Position numbers and translations under genes: made by a program
Notes under the pieces: model-generated
Seen by the model: only the letters and a program-made list of their open reading frames with translations
Told to the model about the DNA's origin: nothing
Database searches by the model: none
Source: Octopus vulgaris
Taxonomy: Eukaryota
DNA: 64,000 nt
NCBI GenBank assembly: GCA_951406725.2
Contig: OX597825.1
Span: 74,276,001-74,340,000 of the forward strand
Direction: 5' to 3'
In this document: one piece after another, positions 1 through 13,270 of the stretch
Layout of the letters: every line of letters begins with the position of its first letter
Numbering within the stretch: the stretch's first letter is position 1

Positions 1-475
1 AAAGCATAGCACACAACCGACCATTTCTCTCTTGAATATGCCTTGGTAACATGTCCCATGCCTTATCTAATTCATTTTCAACCTATGTAGTCATGATCAG
101 GTAACGATACCCACGATATCTCGCTTATAGCCTAGAGGAACAGCCAGAATGTGAAAGCTAGAGAGAAACAGGGCTGCGCCGGCACCTAGGTGGTAATCAT
201 TAGAAGTGAGGAGAGTGAAGCCACGTAAAATATAGTACCTTGCTTAAAGATAGAACATGCCAACCGGACCAAGAATTGAACTGACGACTTTTATGATCAC
301 GCGAGAAAAACCTTCACCACTAGACCATTTCCCTAAACATTTTAGTTTTATCTTTTTTTTTTTCAAAATCATCTCATATAACACTTATAAGTTCATCAAA
401 GGACTTTTTCGCTTCGAACATAATTCCTTCTATTAGGTTTTTATTAAGCCATGTGACAAAAATGGTCGTATATGT

Positions 476-795
476 TTTTTCTACTCAAGGCACAAAGCCC
501 GAAATTTTGGGGGTAGGGATCAGTTGATTAGATCGACCCCAGTACGCAACTGGTACTTAATCCCCGAAAGGATGAAAGGCAAAGTCGACCTCGGTGGAAT
601 TTGAACTCAGAACGTAATGGTAGTCGAAATACGGTTACGCATTTCGCCCGGCGTTCTAACGTTTCTGCCAGCTCGCCGCCATATTAAAGGCAAAGTCGAT
701 CTCGTCGGAATTTGAACTCAGAACCTAAAGACACACGAAATACCGCTAAACATTTCGCCCGGCGTGCTCACGTTTCTGCCAGCTCGCCACCTTAA
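476..795 (-). mobile_element. SINE family A (tRNA-derived), with duplicated 5' half
   Basis: Reverse complement of the recurrent consensus AAGGCGGCGAGCTGGCAGAAACGTTAGCACGCCGGGCGAAAT...GAGTTCAAATTCCGCCGAGGTCGACTTTGCCTTTCATCCTTTCGGGG; the head occurs twice (to 681 and to 793). Confidence 0.85.
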
Positions 796-825
796 ATTGG
801 TCGTATATTATTATCAATTGAAATT

Positions 826-1035
826 AAGGCAGTGAGCTGGTAGAATCGTTAACATGCTTAGCGCTATTTTGCCCGTTTCAGCGGTTTGAGTTCAAACTCT
901 GCTGAGGTCGACTTTGCATTTCATCCTTTCGGCGTTGATAAAATAAGTATCAATAAAGTACTGGAGTCGATATAATCAGCTTCGCCCTCTCCTCAAAAAT
1001 TCCTGGCCCTGTGCCAAAACTTCGAAACTATTATT
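826..1035 (+). mobile_element. SINE family A
   Basis: AAGGCAGTGAGCTGGTAGAATCGTT head, B-box GAGTTCAAAC, core GAGGTCGACTTTGCATTTCATCCTTTCGG. Confidence 0.8.
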
Positions 1036-2034
1036 ATTCAAATTAAACATTAAATGGTTAAAATTGCAATTAGCCATAACTGATAAAATAAATAGAAATA
1101 TTGGATTTTAGCATTGACGTAAAGCAATCAATGTTTGGGGTGGGGCGAGGAGGGATGTTGGTATTTTGGATGTGAGGTATAATCGATGAAATCGAACTAG
1201 AATTTCTCTCGTTCTTTATTTCAACGACTACGACTGAAGAATGGAAATGCTACTTTAAATGGTTTTTAACAATTTCTATTGTCTTCCAGTAAATTTCATG
1301 CCTTTTAGTCTTAGAGAGCAGAGACGAATTCTTTCTTTTTTTAATTGTTTTGTAAGGGGGATATTGATGAACTTGCTGAACACAATATAGTTTATATTGC
1401 GCAGTAGGCAAGTGTAGGGAGAATATAGCATGAGTGAGAAGGAAGGGGCTCCAGATGGTTGTCACTTAGAGGGAGAAGGATTGGTGGGAACAGTGGTGGG
1501 GAGAAATAAGTGAGAAAGATGTGCTTAAGTAGAGGCTGGAAGTTAATAGTTAACTGTGAGGAGGATGGACTATTGTAATAAGGACAGTAAAAAGCTTCGG
1601 AGAAGATGGCTCATCTTTAAATAGAGGCTGAAACATTTTGGTCAATAGCTGCATGCAAATCAGTCGGGTGCCTTCTGCTTTCTGGTTGTAGCTTACGAAA
1701 ATATTATTTTGGCTTCCAGTCTTCGATTTGTTACAATACTGGGTCGATAAATTATTGAGTCGATGAAAGACAGGGTCGATAGAATATTAGATTGATAGAT
1801 TGTTGGATCGAATAAACGACACCAGTGTTTTGGGAGGACGTGATCGATTACAAATACCCTGAATTTATCTGGGGTCAGAATTACTGTATTGGATCAAATC
1901 AACCATCCTTGTACTTATTGGGAGAAAAAAAAATCAATATATATTAATTTTTAATCCAGAAAAAAGTAAGAGAAAAATGCTAATTTATAAGTCATAACGT
2001 ATTCCCAATGTTGGATATATTTAATAAACGATGT

Positions 2035-2890
2035 CAGATTTAGGCACGGGGCTAGTAATTTTCAAGGGAAAGGGTTAGTCGATTACACTGACCCCAATGG
2101 CATAATGTTCCTTTATTTCATCAACCCAAAAAGATAAAAAGTAGAGCTGGCCTCGGTGACATTCGAACTCAGTACAAAAAGAACTTGAACAAATAACGCA
2201 AAGTATTATCCAACACTCTAACGATATTAATAGCTCACCACCTGTAAATTCTTTTAAACTTAGGCACAAGTCCAGCAATTGAAAAAAGGAATCGGTCGAT
2301 ACCCTCAGTACAAAAAGGATGAATGGGTTAGTTAATCCAGGCGATATTTAAACACAGAACACAAAATATTTTTCTAACGCTCTACCGACTCTAGAATAAC
2401 AATAATGGGTTCAAACTTTAGCACTACCTCAGAAATTTCGAGAGGAGCAATAACTTCTTATTATCGACTGATCTACCAGACAGGTACTAATTTTATTGAT
2501 ACCGAAAGGATGAAAGGCAAAACTGACTTCAGTGTGACTTCATCTCAGAATGCAAAGAGCCTGAACGAATGCCACAGAGTATTCTCTGATACTCTGCTGA
2601 TTCTATAATAACAATGATATTAAGTAAAATCACGAGGCAGCGAGCTACTAGAATCGTTAGCACGCACGGTTAAAATGCTTCGTCCTATTTAGTCCGTCTT
2701 TACGTCCTGAGCTCACATCCAGCCGATGTAGACTTAATTTGTGATCAATTTGATATCAATATTAAATGAATCCCGAAGCGACGAGCTAGCAGAACTATAG
2801 AAAATGCTTAGCGTCATTTCGACCGTCTTTAGGTTCCGAGTTCACATGCAGCCGAGGTCGAGTTCATCTATCCTTTTGACGTCGATAAAG
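2035..2890. mobile_element. Cluster of degenerate SINE family A fragments in both orientations
   Basis: Partial matches such as GAAAGGATGAAAGGCAAA (2503) and GGCAGCGAGCTACTAGAATCGTTAGCAC (2636). Confidence 0.6.
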
Positions 2891-2896
2891 TGTGTA

Positions 2897-3195
2897 GGTG
2901 CAATGGCCCAGTGGTTAGGGCAGCAGACTCGCGGTCGGAGGATCGCGGTTTCGATTCCCAGACCGGGCGTTGTGTGTGTTTATTGAGCGAAAACCCCTAA
3001 AAGATCCACGAGGCTCTAGCAGGGGGTGGTAGCGACTCCTGTTGTATCCATTCGCCTCAACTTTCTCTCTTTCTTCTTGTTTCTTGGGTAATGCTGCGAT
3101 GGACTGGCGTCCCATTCAGCTGGGGGAACACATACACCACAGAAACCGAGCCCATGAGCCTGACTACGCTTGAAAAGGGCGCATAAATATAAAAA
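2897..3195 (+). mobile_element. SINE family B (tRNA head) with V-domain-like tail, inserted into a family A copy
   Basis: GGTGCAATGGCCCAGTGGTTAGGGCAGCAGACTCGCGGTC...GGTTTCGATTCCCAGACCGGGCG tRNA-like head; family A sequence stops at 2890 and resumes near 3196. Confidence 0.8.
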
Positions 3196-3987
3196 AGTAA
3201 GTACCAGTAATCGATTTACGTCCTCCTCCGAAATTACTGATCTTGTGCCAAAGTTTGAAACTGATATTAAGCAGAATCCCCTCTATGTCTATGGACAGGA
3301 AATATTTCTATTTGATTTAATCATTAATGTTTACAGTTCATACCTCTGTGCGGTGCATTTAGCCGTGGCTAACGAGCGAATAAAATTGATCAACGTATGC
3401 TAAGCTTTCGCTTGAAAAGTCAGTGCAGTAACGTGGACATAGACTCTCTCTCTCTCCTTCTCTCCTCTCCTCCTCCTCTCTCTATCACCCTCTCTCTCTC
3501 ACCCTTGTACGCTTGACCAGGAAGTTATACCCTTGAACCGACACTCTATTCACTAGGTCAAGCAGATTCAACACTGAAATATTGTTGACCAGCAATATTT
3601 TATAAGAATATCTACGGCTGAACTGTGTTCATATCTAATAACAATGTATGAAAATATCGGGTATAGGATTCACGTTTACTCGTTATTCAAGCATAATAAT
3701 TTTACCCATTATTGAAACATAAATTCAAATAGTTTTATTCGCTTCGCAAAAATTGTCGCAAATGTTGTATAAAGTTTCCTAACATAATTGTTTTATTGTT
3801 TACTCTTAATTATATATGGCTACTCAAACAAAGCGTGAACAAATGGTAGCATTGAAAATGGCTGGCAGAAAGAAATGAGGGGAAATAAAATAATTGAAAA
3901 AAAGAGTGTAAGCTATGGTGAAAGAAAAGGTGTTGTGTGGGGCATTTCTTATTGTAAATATATGTAAAATATTACCAATAAATATAT

Positions 3988-4141
3988 ATTTCTTTACTAC
4001 CCACAAGGGGCTAAACACAGAGAGGACAAACAAGGACAGACAAACGGATTAAGTCGATTACATCGATCCCAGTGCGTAACTGGTACTTAATTTATCGACC
4101 CCGAAAGGATGAAAGGCAAAGTCGACCTCGACGGAATTTGA
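3988..4141 (-). mobile_element. 5'-truncated SINE family A with target-site duplication
   Basis: 3' half of consensus flanked by ATTACCAATAAATATA at 3971 and 4143. Confidence 0.85.
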
Positions 4142-4645
4142 AATTACCAATAAATATAACAATCAACTTGTTAACCTAAGGCTTTTTATTAACCTAATAA
4201 TTTTTCATTAACCTAAGGCTTTTTATTAAATGATAAAATGAAGAACGGGTAAATAACTATGCCGCACCAGTATATTCAATCTACTTCTGTGGTTAGTTGG
4301 ACCATTTACGTTCGTGATCAGAGATATACCATGGTAGTGATGGTCGTTGTCGTCGTCGAATTATTACTCCCGAAATATTATATTCGAACAGAATTTGCTA
4401 TGCTCTTCCTTTTCATGCTGAAGGTATCCCTGGGGAATTTTCTACCAGCCATTGGGAAACTAGTAAGTCCTGAGATCAAATGCCAGTGTGGCAGTTTTAG
4501 GGTGTTTATTTGTAATTACTTTTATCAAGCTAATGAAAATGAATATACTTTTAAATACAAGTTCTATAGACCACAATTTCATTATACAATTTATAAAACA
4601 ATTTATAAAACAGTTTATAAATGCAAATATCCCACTATATACTAT

Positions 4646-4878
4646 AAGGCGGCGAGCTGGTAGAAACGTTAGCACGCCGACCGAAATTCGTAGCCGTATT
4701 TCGTCTGTCGTTACGTTCCGAGTTCAAATTCTGCCGAGGTTCACTTTGCCTTTCATCCTTTCGGGGTCGATAAATTAAGTACCAGTTACGCACTGGGGTC
4801 GATGTAGTCGACTTAATCCCTTTGTCTGTCCTTGTTTGAACCCTCTGTGTTTAGCCCCTTGTGGGTAGTAAAGAAATA
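4646..4878 (+). mobile_element. Full-length SINE family A with target-site duplication
   Basis: Complete consensus; TATATACTATAA on both sides (4636, 4879). Confidence 0.9.
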
Positions 4879-5824
4879 TATATACTATAAAAAACAATTA
4901 TATCCATTCTACATACTTTATATCCGCAATTATCCCAGGCGAGAAGGTGGCAGAATCGTTAGCGCGCCAGGCAAAATTTATTAGCGACATTTTCATCTGG
5001 CTTGTGATAGGTGAATTTAAAGCAAATTGCGATTGTATGCCCTCGAACCGTTCTACGCGGTTCTCTCCTCGTATAGCTGTTTTTGGTGTGTTGCATACGT
5101 CAACGAAGTGTCTGATAGAATGTTTACAGAAAATTTTGAAACTAATGTCACATTCATATCTTAATATTCCGCGTCAAAGAAGTGACAATTAGCAAAACTA
5201 ATCTCCTATAGATTCTTTTCGAATCTTCTTCCACTGTTAATATTTACTACATCATCTTTAGTATTGTAAATGTCCGGATATAGAACTTCGCTCAATGAGA
5301 CAATAATTTTCGTTTCTCAACGAACATAACTATAATCACTTGCAGTTACTTTCTGAAGTTAGTGAAGCAAATGATTTAAATTTGCTATATTTTCTCATTA
5401 AGTCCAGTCAATAAACATATGGCTCGAAACATTTCTAGTAAATGTTATGGCAGTAAGTCTCTGACCTGAGAGATTAAAGAAAATGCTGAAGCATAACCAA
5501 TTATAGATTATTTAAGAGAAAACTGTTCTGAAATTTACCATTTCTCCATTTCATTTCTAACTTGTAATCATCTTATGTGTAAATAGTTTACAGACCAATT
5601 TGCTGTAGACTATAAAACAAAGTTGTGTGCGTGTAACTCAATTTGACCACAAATAAACTTTAGTAGGTCGTAATAAGCAGTTCAATTATTCTCGCTCATT
5701 ATCTCATTCTGAAAAACAAACTATTCTATCTTGTCTTTTACACGTCAGCCATTCAATAATTAGTATATTTTTCTCATGTAATATTAAATTCAAAGTTGTA
5801 CAAATAATAAAAATAGTAATATTT

Positions 5825-6040
5825 TCCGATTTTTGCACATGGCCAGCAATTTCGGGGGACGGTGTAAATCATTGACATCGACCCTTGAGATCAGCTGGTA
5901 CTTATTTTATTTAATTTATCGACCCAGACAAATGGAAGTCAAAGCCAGCCTCAGCAAAGTTTGAACATAGAACATAACAACGAGCGAAATACTGCTAAGA
6001 ATTTTGTATGGCATACCAACGATTTTGATGCTCACCACCT
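5825..6040 (-). mobile_element. Degenerate SINE family A
   Basis: CTGGTACTTATTTT..TTATCGACCC, TTTGAAC and GCTCACCACCT remnants. Confidence 0.6.
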
Positions 6041-6087
<47 letters not shown>

Positions 6088-6495
6088 TCTTTCCTCTTTT
6101 ACTTGTTTCAGTCATTTGACTGCGGCCATGCTGGAGCACCGCCTTTTAGTTGAGCAAATCGACCCCGGGACTTATTCTTTGTAAGCCCAGTACTTATTCT
6201 ATCGGTCTCTTTTGCCGAACCGCTAAGTGACGGGGACGTAAACACACCAGCATCGGTTGTCAAGCAATGCTAGGGGGACAAACAGAGACACACAAACACA
6301 TACACACACATATATATATATATACATATATATGTCAGGCTTCTTTCAGTTTCCGTCTACCAAATCCACTCACAAGGCATTGGTCGGCCCGGGGCTATAG
6401 CAGAAGACACTTGCTCAAGATGCCACGCAGTGGGACTAAACCCGAAACCATGTGGTTGGTAAGCAAGCTACTTACCACACAGCCACTCCTGCACT
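6088..6495 (-). mobile_element. SINE family C (CORE-like, internal microsatellite)
   Basis: Minus strand has a tRNA-like head, GGCATCTTGAGCAAGTGTCTTC (CORE-like) and tail GGCGGTGCTCCAGCATGGCCGCAGTCAAATGACTGAAACAAG; many copies in the window. Confidence 0.85.
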
Positions 6496-6560
<65 letters not shown>

Positions 6561-6760
6561 ACATACACCACGAGGCATGCTATTAGCTTAGGAGTGAAAT
6601 TTCGGAAATAAAAAAGAAAGGACATTACACAGAGTAATGAAATCATGATGGTGTTGCCGTTGTGTGCAAACCAACTGGGAAACGTTTTAGCAAAATCGAT
6701 TTACAGAAAGCCAAGAAATCCTAATTTTCCCTCCTACGTTATTAGCATGGTTCTGGGTCC

Positions 6761-6812
<52 letters not shown>

Positions 6813-6821
6813 GTGTGTGTT

Positions 6822-6870
<49 letters not shown>

Positions 6871-6976
6871 TTAGAGACAAAACCACTATTTTGCAAAATA
6901 TAATATTTTACTATAAAATTGGATTTAATCCTAAATCTGATTTTTCCCTGTAAATTTGGATTTATTCCCTAATATT

Positions 6977-7041
<65 letters not shown>

Positions 7042-7064
7042 TACATACATACATTCATAAATAT

Positions 7065-7615
7065 AGGGAAAACCTCAATAAAATGTAAGCGCAACAGACC
7101 TGATATAATGATTTAGGATTGAGAAAAGAAACTGTGCGGTTATGGAAATTAGCTGCCCAGCGGTATGCTAACATAAAACTGATGATCAGCGAAATAGAGT
7201 ACCTGCTCTGAACAATTGAGAAATCTGCAGTTACTCTATCCAGATTACAAGTTCAGCTTTATACTTGTAATTACTGGGGCACTAGGATATGTAAGACACT
7301 GCTTAAATACCAATCTCCAGAAAGGAGGAAAGGAGAAAGGTGATTCGAAGATTACAGATACAATCCAGCACTGGCACTGTAAACGTTTACCATTTAAATA
7401 TATATGAGCATGTCAGGTTATGCAGCTATATGCATGAAAATACATGCATAAAACAAAACATAAAAATGTACACTTATACATGAATACATACATACATACA
7501 TACATGCAAAATACAGTTGTTGATGTTGACATTCCAATGAAGGAGCGTTAGATCTAGGTTAGAAACCGGCTCTGTCTGTTGGCAAGAAATCTTGAAATAA
7601 AACTAAATAATGACC
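7065..7615 (+). mobile_element. R4/Dong-like non-LTR retrotransposon 3' fragment (restriction-like endonuclease plus 3' UTR)
   Basis: Frameshifted KCKRNRPDIMI...MEISCPA...RNLQLLYPDYKFSFILVITGALGYV, matching the RPD..E..CP PD-(D/E)xK motif of RLE LINEs; ends in AATAAA then a TACA repeat. Confidence 0.7.
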
Positions 7616-8058
7616 TACATACGTACATACATACATATATACTACATTTGTTTGTGTGTGAATGCGTGTGTATATATGAATGTGAATTTCCCTTTTTTTA
7701 AAAAAAACAATGTACTTTCTGTTTGAGCCATTCCTCTCTGTATGTGTTTTCTCCTTTTGTTTCTCTGTGCCTCTCTCTCTCTCTCTCTCTCAGTATGTCT
7801 TTCGTGCCTAACCTTTGACTTCCCTATTGTCAATATTCTCCACCTCACCTACCACGACTATGACAAGCATCTGTCTATGACGTCAATTCTCTTTCATCTA
7901 CTTCTACTTTATGTGAGATTACACATTCGCGAAACAGAAAAGATATGTATATATATATATATACATACACACACACACATGCGCGCGCGCAAATGTATAT
8001 GCTCGCACGAGTCTGTGTACGTATGTATGTGTATGTATGTAAGTGTGTTTATGTGTGT

Positions 8059-8254
8059 ATGTATTAAGGCTGTCATTCGTTTCATGTTAAGGAAGCCTTC
8101 AACAATTATCAAGCCAATCATGGAACATTGGTGTTCATCTCTATTTTCGATTAAATATTGATCGGAAATCGAGTCAAACACCGATGTTTTATATCATGTG
8201 CTTGATAATTGTTGAGGCTTCCTTAGCATGAAAACAGTGGTAGCCTCAATACAC
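8059..8254 (+). repeat. About 195-nt imperfect foldback (long hairpin)
   Basis: GTATTAAGGCTGTCATT..TTTCATGTTAAGGAAGCCTTCAACAATTATCAAGC...AACATTGGTGTT pairs with AACACCGATGTT...GCTTGATAATTGTTGAGGCTTCCTTAGCATGAAA..GTGGTAGCCTCAATAC. Confidence 0.85.
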
Positions 8255-8317
8255 AAATAAAGAAACTTTATCCACTAATTCAGTGTTGAGTATCCGTTCT
8301 CATTGTTCGATATTTGC

Positions 8318-8380
<63 letters not shown>

Positions 8381-8385
<5 letters not shown>

Positions 8386-8571
8386 AGAGTTTACGAAAAA
8401 AACAAAAAAGACGAAGACAAGGGGTGTACAAAACAAACAGATGTATTAGTATAATGCTCAGGAATACAAAAAGTCTTTTACGTTTCGAGCCTACGCTCTT
8501 CTACAGAAGGGACACAGAAAAAGCAAGGAGAGAAAAAAATATGTCTAGTGGCTAACGATCAATCATGGCGA

Positions 8572-8572
<1 letters not shown>
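8381..8572 (-). mobile_element. About 190-bp (TA)n-flanked element, family D copy 1, with minimal hammerhead-like motif at 8473-8513
   Basis: Near-identical to 11350-11545 and 12536-12742; minus strand CTGTAGA-A-GAGC-GTAG-GCTC-GAAA-C-GTA-AAAGAC. Confidence 0.8.
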
Positions 8573-8607
<35 letters not shown>

Positions 8608-9480
8608 GTGTGTGTGTGTATACGTAAATATATATGTATGGATATACATTTATAAACAGAGATCTATTTACACATGAATACACAAAAACAGATATATGTG
8701 TGTATTTTTTGTGTTTGACTGTATATGTATATTTATGAACATATATAAGGTGTATATTGAAAGGACATAAAATATTAATGTATATTATATTCATTTGTGT
8801 GTGTGTGTGTGTGTCAGTGTCAGTGTAGGTATGCGCATGTTTTATGTGCTTCAGTACGTTTATTATCATATTTCTATTTAACTGGTCTAAATGTTTCTCA
8901 ATATCTTATACCATCAAACGCTTCTACATGAGTGGTTGTAGTTGAAAATAATTTGCTGTTCACTGGTGGGCGACTATGCGAATCTATTAATTTTCTACGT
9001 TGTTTATCGTCGATACAGTTCAATCGCTGTATTACGGAAGTACTATTATTATACAATGAAAGAAAATTGATTTTGTTTGATCTGAGACGAACAGAATATA
9101 GAATATACTTGACAATCGTATATAACTCACTTTTAGAACAGTTAATTAAACTCCTTTTGGGGTTACTAATGAAATTATGTTTATGATCTGTAAATGTAAG
9201 GGGATCGTAGAAGGGCAAATATTATATTCTGTTCTCCAGTTCAAGAAAAATGGCGTAAAAATTTGTCATAGAGCTTTATGGATTTATATGAATTAATAAG
9301 AATTATTAATAATTTTTTGTAGGTGTTAGTGATACAGTAAGGCAATACTTGATTGTATGTATTTCTGTGAGATAAATATAGATTTTTAAGCTTTGCACAT
9401 TGAAGCATGTGATTTATATATTTATACATAAATACGTATATACGCGTAGATATGTGTGTGTATACATACACATATACATA

Positions 9481-9550
<70 letters not shown>

Positions 9551-10207
9551 GACACACATAATTCGTTGCAATGTATAATAGATATCCTTAGACATAAATA
9601 AGTTAATGCAGAACGAGATCTAGCTCCTGTGGTAGGAAACTGGAAAACTGATGAGAAATCTCAATTTATAACAAACATATCAATTCTACGCTGTTTCATG
9701 CAGCACTTCATGTCGTTTGTATGTAACTAATACATACGTATACAGACGCACACGCACACATGCACAAGTGCACACACTAACAAACACACACACAGAAACG
9801 TACCTAAAGAATTATAATTAGGAAAAGATGCTCCAATGACGTCTTCAATTAGTTTTCAATTTATATTCACTCAGAAATATACGTCTTTAAAAGGCCCCTA
9901 ATGCTGAGCTAAACAAGATTTGCAAATGCGATAGCATACAAAATCACAGCAAGGCAATATTTACAAAATTACATCCTCTTAACACCATGCCACAAATGAA
10001 AACGACGAAGTGACAAAGAATTGCCATTAAACCCAACAGGCACTCTACTCATGTCAAACAAAACATATAAATACACAATAAAAACTAAGTAGTAACAGTT
10101 CTTGCTTGAGGATCGCAGTGACTCGGGACTCGAGTTGCATGATCGACATTCAGTTTCATGGAAGATATGATTGTTAGCGTGTGTGCGAGTGTGTCTATTT
10201 GTATTTA

Positions 10208-10274
<67 letters not shown>

Positions 10275-10425
10275 ATATATCTATATATCTCTGTATATAT
10301 GTACACACACACATATATATATATATAAAATAGCGTGGGTGTGTTTGTATGCCTCAGTACCTACCTATCTATGTATATGTATATATATATATAGACCTAT
10401 ATATATATATATGTTTACACACAGG

Positions 10426-10524
<99 letters not shown>

Positions 10525-10576
10525 GTGAAAATGGAGAGAGTGAACATAGAAAAAAGGAAATAATAGTGAATTTCTT

Positions 10577-10691
10577 GTCGCCTACGCACGTTTCAATTTC
10601 CACATTTTTTTACCTTTTAAAGTCATAATGCATATTTTACAGTGAAAATTGCATTATGACTTTAAAAGGTAAAAAATCTCTTCAGGGCAAA
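10577..10691 (-). ncRNA. Type I hammerhead ribozyme with long stem II
   Basis: Minus strand TTGCC-CTGAAGA-[GATTT, 27-bp perfect hairpin, AAATT]-GAAA-CGTGC-GTA-GGCGA; core intact, stem I 5 bp. Confidence 0.75.
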
Positions 10692-10806
10692 AATTGACAT
10701 ACATTCCTATATGTTCATTTATATCCTAATGGATGGAGAGCTCCTTACATACTGAATAGCAGTATGTGAGTGTGTTTGTGTTTATCAGTATGCGTGACAT
10801 TGGATT

Positions 10807-10870
<64 letters not shown>

Positions 10871-10914
10871 AACAGACAGATAGAAGCTTGTTATTATATA
10901 TGTGGCTTGTTTCT

Positions 10915-11220
10915 CCTCCGTGAGACCTGAACAAAGGTCTTCACTGAATATTGTTGTTCGAGTAACCAGCTCCTGGTCTATGCCCGGAACGGTCGGTTCG
11001 TACGACACCGTACTGTTCTGGTTATATACCAGTAAGAGAGGCCAAACCTAATGCCCTCAATTTCATCTACGATGACGTTGAGAGCTTGAATGTAGCACTC
11101 AATGCACCTGCATAGGCAATGTCGATTTGGCTGAGCACTGCCCTGGCATTTGATTATTTCTAACAATCCATTTGTGCAGGTTGTTGAACAAGAAGTTGTG
11201 GAAACCTCATCTGTCATTTA
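10915..11220 (-). mobile_element. Possible degenerate RTE-like reverse transcriptase fragment
   Basis: Broken frames give LFNN.CTNGLLE, DIAYAG and IQALNVIVDE.RALGL, weakly resembling the RTE RT region LFN.CMDWIL..D.D.ADD..ALD....K.LGL. Confidence 0.35.
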
Positions 11221-11252
11221 GGTGAACTTACATGCATATGCACATACATATT

Positions 11253-11545
<293 letters not shown>

Positions 11546-11619
11546 CATGTATGTATGTATATACATATAGATAGATAGATTGAGTGGACGTATGCATGAA
11601 TGTATATATACTGATTCTA

Positions 11620-11812
11620 AGTTTTGGAACTTGAAACAAGTTCGAGGTAGGCGGAAAATCGATTACATCGACCCCATTGCAACTGGCACTTATTTTAGCA
11701 ACCTGTAAAGGATAAAAGGGAAAATTGACCTCTACAGAACTTGAAATCAAAACCTAAATGCCGCAATGCGTTTTGCTCGGCGTGCTAACGATTCAGCCAG
11801 CTCGCTACCTTC
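11620..11812 (-). mobile_element. Degenerate SINE family A
   Basis: TCGATTACATCGACCCC...GGCGTGCTAACGATTCAGCCAGCTCGCTACCTT. Confidence 0.7.
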
Positions 11813-11905
11813 GCAATATATATATATATATATATATATACATCAATTTTTTTTTTATATATATTTTGCTTCCTATCATCCTACTTATTTATTTCGTGAC
11901 ATTTT

Positions 11906-12125
11906 CTAATGGCTTCATGATGTTCAAATCGAAAGTAATCATTATTTTTTAATCTATATGTCAACACTCTATCATACTTATACATCAATACTCTGGCTTA
12001 CACATATCCGAGGTCTGAGACAGTAACCAATCAACATGACACAACCAATGGGTTTGTTTTTCTTATCGCCAACCGTAACGATAAACTGTGATGCAATACT
12101 GTTTCATTGTCTATAAAGAGAAATA
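11906..12125 (+). repeat. 220-bp unique segment duplicated at 13907-14126
   Basis: TCTAATGGCTTCATGATG...CTATAAAGAGAAATA present twice with only a few differences. Confidence 0.9.
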
Positions 12126-12477
12126 GAGAACTCGTTATAAATATATTGTTTATTCAGTCATGTGTCATTCCTTATCGACAAGAAATATCTGAATTGCTAA
12201 ATATACAATTTCTTTGTCTATATTTCATTCCATTATTCGAATTCTTTTACTAGTTCCCGTCATTGAACAACACCAAGGCAGGGTCATTATCATCAAGACC
12301 CTTTATTGTTTGTATGTGTCTCTAATATTTATTTTAGTCAAGTAATTTTTGTTTTATCTATCTGTAAATCTTTATCTATGTATTTATCTATGTATTTCTC
12401 TTTCTCTCTCTTTCTCTCTCTCTCTCACTCTCTCTCTCTCGCTCTCTCTCTCTCATTCCATGTATGTTTGAATATAT

Positions 12478-12535
<58 letters not shown>

Positions 12536-12539
<4 letters not shown>

Positions 12540-12742
12540 GGAAAGTTTACGAAAATAAGCAAAAGACGAAGGCAGGTGGAGTACAAAAAAATGTATTAGT
12601 ATAGCGCTCAGGAATAGAAAAAGTCTTTTACGTTTCGAGCCTACGCTCTTCGATAGAACGATACACAGAAAAAAAACAAGGAGAGAAACAAGGAGAGAAA
12701 AAATGCGTGTAGGAGCTAACGATCTATCATGGCGTCCTGACC
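12536..12742 (-). mobile_element. Family D copy 3 with degenerate hammerhead-like motif at 12623-12660
   Basis: (TA)n on both sides; minus strand CTATCGA-A-GAGC-GTAG-GCTC-GAAA-C-GTA. Confidence 0.75.
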
Positions 12743-12754
12743 TATATATATATA

Positions 12755-12879
12755 TGTTATGTCGCACGTTCGGATGCCTTCTACTCAACTCTCTCTACTC
12801 CTCTCGACGTCTAGGCTTCTCCCTCTATATCTACGTATTGGGCTAGCCTACTTCATCGTCGGGGGGCGTCCACACAACA
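12755..12879. mobile_element. Short solo LTR, copy 1
   Basis: TGTT...AACA termini, 5-bp TSD ATATA, inverted homologue at 13519-13661. Confidence 0.7.
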
Positions 12880-12896
12880 ATATATATTTGTGTGTG

Positions 12897-12952
<56 letters not shown>

Positions 12953-13270
12953 CACGCACCCACACACTCACACAAGAACACACATATATAAAATATACAC
13001 ATATACATATGTAACAAATATACATTGATATGCTTATATATGTCTGTGTGCGTGAGTGCATGTGTGTGTGTGTGTATGTGAGTATTTGTGAGTCAATGTG
13101 GGTATGCCTGTGTATATCTATATGTGTTGGTGAGTGTGGGTGTGCCTGGTCAAAGTAATACTAACTTCCAAACAGAACGCTTATTTTTGCGTGTACATTA
13201 TTTTAATATCATTTTCTCTTTGACGTATTGCTCATTACTAAACGTCAGCTGAAAAGCTGACCAAGATACT

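Noticed and set aside
1250-1650. Possible old PLE tail (LREQRRILSF; GAAGA...GAAA-CATTTTG-GTC)
   Set aside because: Too degenerate to support without a profile search
2897-2970. tRNA gene (also 20065-20140 and 49041-49112)
   Set aside because: Each continues into a shared SINE body, so these are tRNA-derived heads
7175-7205. CTGATGA-TCAGC-GAAA
   Set aside because: No pairing stems and it lies inside R4-like coding sequence
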